From an uncultured Poribacteria bacterium (GTDB lineage Bacteria > Poribacteria > WGA-4E > WGA-3G): a stretch of 64,000 nt of DNA. Shown piece by piece: positions 60,916-64,000 of the stretch. The translations under genes were made by a program, and so were the position numbers. The notes below the pieces were generated by a model that ran no database searches, had not been told where the DNA came from, and worked only from the letters and a program-made list of their open reading frames with translations. Location: contig OX638351.1 of the NCBI GenBank assembly GCA_951813565.1, positions 3,328,001-3,392,000 of the forward strand, in the 5' to 3' direction. Numbering within the stretch: the stretch's first letter is position 1; every line of letters starts with the position of its first letter.

Positions 60916-61659
60916 TTGCAAACCTATGAAACAAACGCAATTCAGGTAACGGATCTGACTGTCGCATATCGTGAAACTCCCGTATTATGGGACATTGACC
61001 TTGATGTTCCACCAGGCGTGCTTTTAGCGATCGTTGGTCCCAACGGCGCAGGCAAAACAACGTTGATCAAAGCAATTTTAGGATTAGTGCGCCCCGCCGC
61101 TGGTAATGTCTTAATCTATAACAAACCTTATGCGTTACAGCGAAAGATTGTTGGATATGTGCCACAACGAGGAAGCGTCGACTGGGATTTTCCGACAAAC
61201 GTTCTTGATGTCGTCATGATGGGAAGATACGGCGCACTCGGCTGGATAAGACGGCCCAGAAAGCAGGACCGCGAACTGGCGATGCATGCCCTGGAGAAGG
61301 TTGGCATGGAGAAGTATACTACCCGACAGATTAGCCAACTCTCTGGTGGACAACAACAACGTGTTTTTCTCGCTCGTGCCCTTATTCAAGATGCCACAGT
61401 GTACCTGATGGATGAACCTTTTCAAGGTGTTGATGCGACTACCGAACGCGCAATCATCGCCTTACTTCAGGAACTTCGTGAAAACGGTAAAACAGTGGTC
61501 GTGGTGCATCATGATCTGCAAACTGTAACCGACTATTTCGACTGGGTAACGTTATTAAACATTCGACGTATTGCGAGTGGCCCGGTTGATGAGACATTTA
61601 CCTCTGATAATTTGCGAGAGACTTATGGCGGACGAATAGCATTCATAAAAAACCGATAA
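60916..61659 (+). CDS. troB: Mn/Zn/Fe ABC transporter ATPase
   Basis: GPNGAGKT, '[13 protein letters not shown]', LSGGQQQR, 'VVHHDL'. Confidence 0.92.
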   Translation: MQTYETNAIQVTDLTVAYRETPVLWDIDLDVPPGVLLAIVGPNGAGKTTLIKAILGLVRPAAGNVLIYNKPYALQRKIVGYVPQRGSVDWDFPTNVLDVVMMGRYGALGWIRRPRKQDRELAMHALEKVGMEKYTTRQISQLSGGQQQRVFLARALIQDATVYLMDEPFQGVDATTERAIIALLQELRENGKTVVVVHHDLQTVTDYFDWVTLLNIRRIASGPVDETFTSDNLRETYGGRIAFIKNR

Positions 61660-61716
61660 GATATATTTGTGGAAGCGGTTTTCAACTGCGATTTCCACGT
61701 GTACCATCCCAAAATC

Positions 61717-62682
61717 ATGGAAAATTTTTACTTCCTAACTTATTTTGATTATACATTGATAATTGTTTCTATTGGTGCTGCCCTGCTCGGCACGGTGAGC
61801 GGTGCACTTGGCACCTACGCTGTTTTGCGGCGTCAGAGTCTCCTCGGCGATGCTATTTCACACGCCGCACTACCCGGCATTGCGATAGCATTTATGCTGA
61901 CAGGAAGTAAGACACGGCTGATCCTGATTCTTGGTGCTGCAATCGCGGGATGGTTAGGGACACTCATCATTTTAAGTATCGTGAGATTGACGCGTATCAA
62001 ATATGATAGCGCTCTCGGTCTTGTGCTATCCACTTTTTTCGGATTCGGATTAGTATTGCTCACGCTTATACAGCGCAGTGGCAATGCTAATCAGGCAGGG
62101 CTGGATGATTTTATCTTCGGGCAAGCTGCCACAATCCTAAAACGTGATGTCCTAACGATTGGCATACTCGGCGGCGTTGCACTTATTATTATGGTTATTT
62201 TCTGGAAAGAGTTGAAAATCCTCATTTTTGATGAAGGGTTCGCCGCATCTATCGGGTTGCCGACTCACGCACTTGATATTCTACTGACCAGCCTTCTTGT
62301 TATAGCGATTGTTCTCGGTCTACAAGCGGTTGGGGCAGTGTTAATGAGTGCCATGTTAGTTGCCCCTGCTGTCGCTGCGCGGCAGTGGACAAACAGACTC
62401 AATCTAATGGTAATCCTCGCTGCATGCTTTGGAGCATTTGCTGGAGTGAGTGGTACTATTATCAGCAGTAGCGCAACAGGTATTCCCACTGGTCCAACAA
62501 TTATCCTATGCGCGACAGTTGCGGTAGGATTTTCAATCGCTTTCGCACCGAACCGTGGGTTACTATGGAACAGTATCAAACAACACAGGAATAGGCGCAG
62601 CTTGAAGATAGCCACAAATAAATTAGTTGGTGCAACCGCAGCAGAAAAGCATATAAAAGAAAATGATACAAGAACATCTTGA
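61717..62682 (+). CDS. troC: Mn/Zn/Fe ABC transporter permease
   Basis: 'SLLGDAISHAALPG', multiple TM segments, 'ARQWT', 'PTGP'. Confidence 0.9.
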   Translation: MENFYFLTYFDYTLIIVSIGAALLGTVSGALGTYAVLRRQSLLGDAISHAALPGIAIAFMLTGSKTRLILILGAAIAGWLGTLIILSIVRLTRIKYDSALGLVLSTFFGFGLVLLTLIQRSGNANQAGLDDFIFGQAATILKRDVLTIGILGGVALIIMVIFWKELKILIFDEGFAASIGLPTHALDILLTSLLVIAIVLGLQAVGAVLMSAMLVAPAVAARQWTNRLNLMVILAACFGAFAGVSGTIISSSATGIPTGPTIILCATVAVGFSIAFAPNRGLLWNSIKQHRNRRSLKIATNKLVGATAAEKHIKENDTRTS

Positions 62683-63772
62683 TATACTACTGATTGCTAT
62701 TGTCACAGCGTCCGCATGTGCTTTACCCGGCGTATTCTTAGTGCTACGCCGAATGACGTTGATGAGTGACGCTATTAGTCACGCGATTCTTCCCGGTATT
62801 GTCTTGGCATTTTTTCTTACGCATAGTCTTTCATCTCCGCTACTAATTCTCGCTGCCGCTGCAACTGGTGTTCTCACCGTTGTTTTCGTTGAATTACTAC
62901 AAAAAACGAAACTTGTGAAAGAGGATGCTGCGATAGGATTGACATTCCCCGCTCTTTTTAGCATCGGTGTGATCCTTATTTCTCGATTTTCAAGCAATGT
63001 TCACTTGGATATAGACGCAGTTCTGCTCGGTGAACTCGCGTACGCACCACTCAATCGATTAGAGATTTCTATTTACGATCTGGGGCCTGTATCTCTATAT
63101 GTTATGGGTGGAATGTTCCTGTTGAATCTCGCCTTTATTATCATATTCTACAAAGAATTGAAGTTAGCAACATTTGATGCAAGTTTAGCCGCAACATTAG
63201 GGTTTGCACCCGTTCTTGTCCATTACGGATTGATGACATTGGTTTCTATGACAACTGTAGGTGCGTTTGATGCAGTCGGTTCAATATTAGTTGTCGCGCT
63301 TATCGCTGGTCCGCCTGCTACCGCTTATCTTATGACTGATAGTCTCACACGGATGCTTATTTTAAGTGTTGTTATCGGGTGTGTGAATGCTGTGAGCGGC
63401 TATTGGCTCTCCTTTCTGCTTAATGTTTCAATTGCGGGCACTATTGCGACGGTGACATTCTTTGTTTTCGGACTTTTCTTTTTGATTATCCCGAATCGTG
63501 GTCTTATCTCAATTGCGCGTAGGCACATCCGCCAAAAATGGGAGTTCGCGCAAACAATGCTCGTTATTCATCTTTTTAATCATGAAGGATTGCCAGAAGC
63601 ACAAGATGAATCTGAAATAGCACACCTTCATGAACATCTTCAATGGGAACCGACATTTGCAACACGAGTCGTTAAATACGCTTTGAACAACCGATATGTG
63701 TCACAGAAAGCAACGCAGCTCATGCTAACAGATCGGGGACGCTCCATTGCTCAGCAAGCGCTTGTGCAATAA
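62663..63772 (+). CDS. troD: Mn/Zn/Fe ABC transporter permease with a C-terminal winged-helix-like extension
   Basis: 'MSDAISHAILPG', 'VHLDIDAVLLGE', 'AFDAVGSILVVA', C-terminal 'LMLTDRGRSIA'. Confidence 0.88.
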   Translation: MIQEHLDILLIAIVTASACALPGVFLVLRRMTLMSDAISHAILPGIVLAFFLTHSLSSPLLILAAAATGVLTVVFVELLQKTKLVKEDAAIGLTFPALFSIGVILISRFSSNVHLDIDAVLLGELAYAPLNRLEISIYDLGPVSLYVMGGMFLLNLAFIIIFYKELKLATFDASLAATLGFAPVLVHYGLMTLVSMTTVGAFDAVGSILVVALIAGPPATAYLMTDSLTRMLILSVVIGCVNAVSGYWLSFLLNVSIAGTIATVTFFVFGLFFLIIPNRGLISIARRHIRQKWEFAQTMLVIHLFNHEGLPEAQDESEIAHLHEHLQWEPTFATRVVKYALNNRYVSQKATQLMLTDRGRSIAQQALVQ

Positions 63773-63834
63773 CAATCCACATGAATTACACGATAACTTT
63801 ATAGTCAATTCCCAAATATATGAACATTCCCTTG

Positions 63835-63860
63835 TAGGCGCGGTTTCAAATCGCGCCTAC
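63835..63860. repeat. GTAG-type REP palindrome
   Basis: GTAGGCGCGGTTTCAAATCGCGCCTAC perfect-ended hairpin downstream of the tro operon. Confidence 0.6.
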
Positions 63861-64000
63861 CATAGCGTATAAGAATATAGGATTTCAAAAAGATATAGGT
63901 TTGTATTAGTGCGATCCGTTGTTCGTCATAATTTATAGTAAAATCCAATAATATGTTCACATTTCAATGAACAGCAATTCCCACACGCATGCGCTGGCGA

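Noticed and set aside
1..64000. rRNA, tRNA (including tRNA-Sec), tmRNA or integron attC sites
   Set aside because: None were recognised by eye. A covariance-model search would be needed to exclude divergent RNAs.

Overview
Low-GC bacterial chromosome window. It most resembles Candidatus Poribacteria (inferred from secreted proteins ending in a 'VxPxxKxxTxWGxxK' tail, a PorV-like gene, an FGE-sulfatase gene and dense intergenic palindromes). Main content: a frameshifted ISKra4-like IS with clear TIRs and TSD; peptidases; an MNT-HEPN toxin-antitoxin pair; a restriction-endonuclease/STAND-NTPase fusion (candidate defence gene); an ECF sigma/anti-sigma pair; oppD/oppF followed by two tandem fused MNT-HEPN genes; an Nma111/DEG7-like protease; a secreted protein with an in-frame TGA in a 'WC-U-G' motif followed by a SECIS-like hairpin (candidate new selenoprotein); a TolC/long-MFP/ABC exporter coupled to a beta-RFAP synthase; nfuA and a sigma-70 gene; a ~20 kb type II secretion-like operon ending in three tandem, mosaic, extra-long secretins; a solo TnpB element; a DxDD triterpene cyclase with a glycosyltransferase; and an MntR-regulated VIT1 + TroABCD operon. 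The intergenic DNA shows a nested hierarchy: MITEs contain GTAG-type REP hairpins, and these are interrupted by 33-36 nt 'AATCAAC + hairpin' micro-units that also insert into each other. All calls come from reading motifs by eye; no searches were run.
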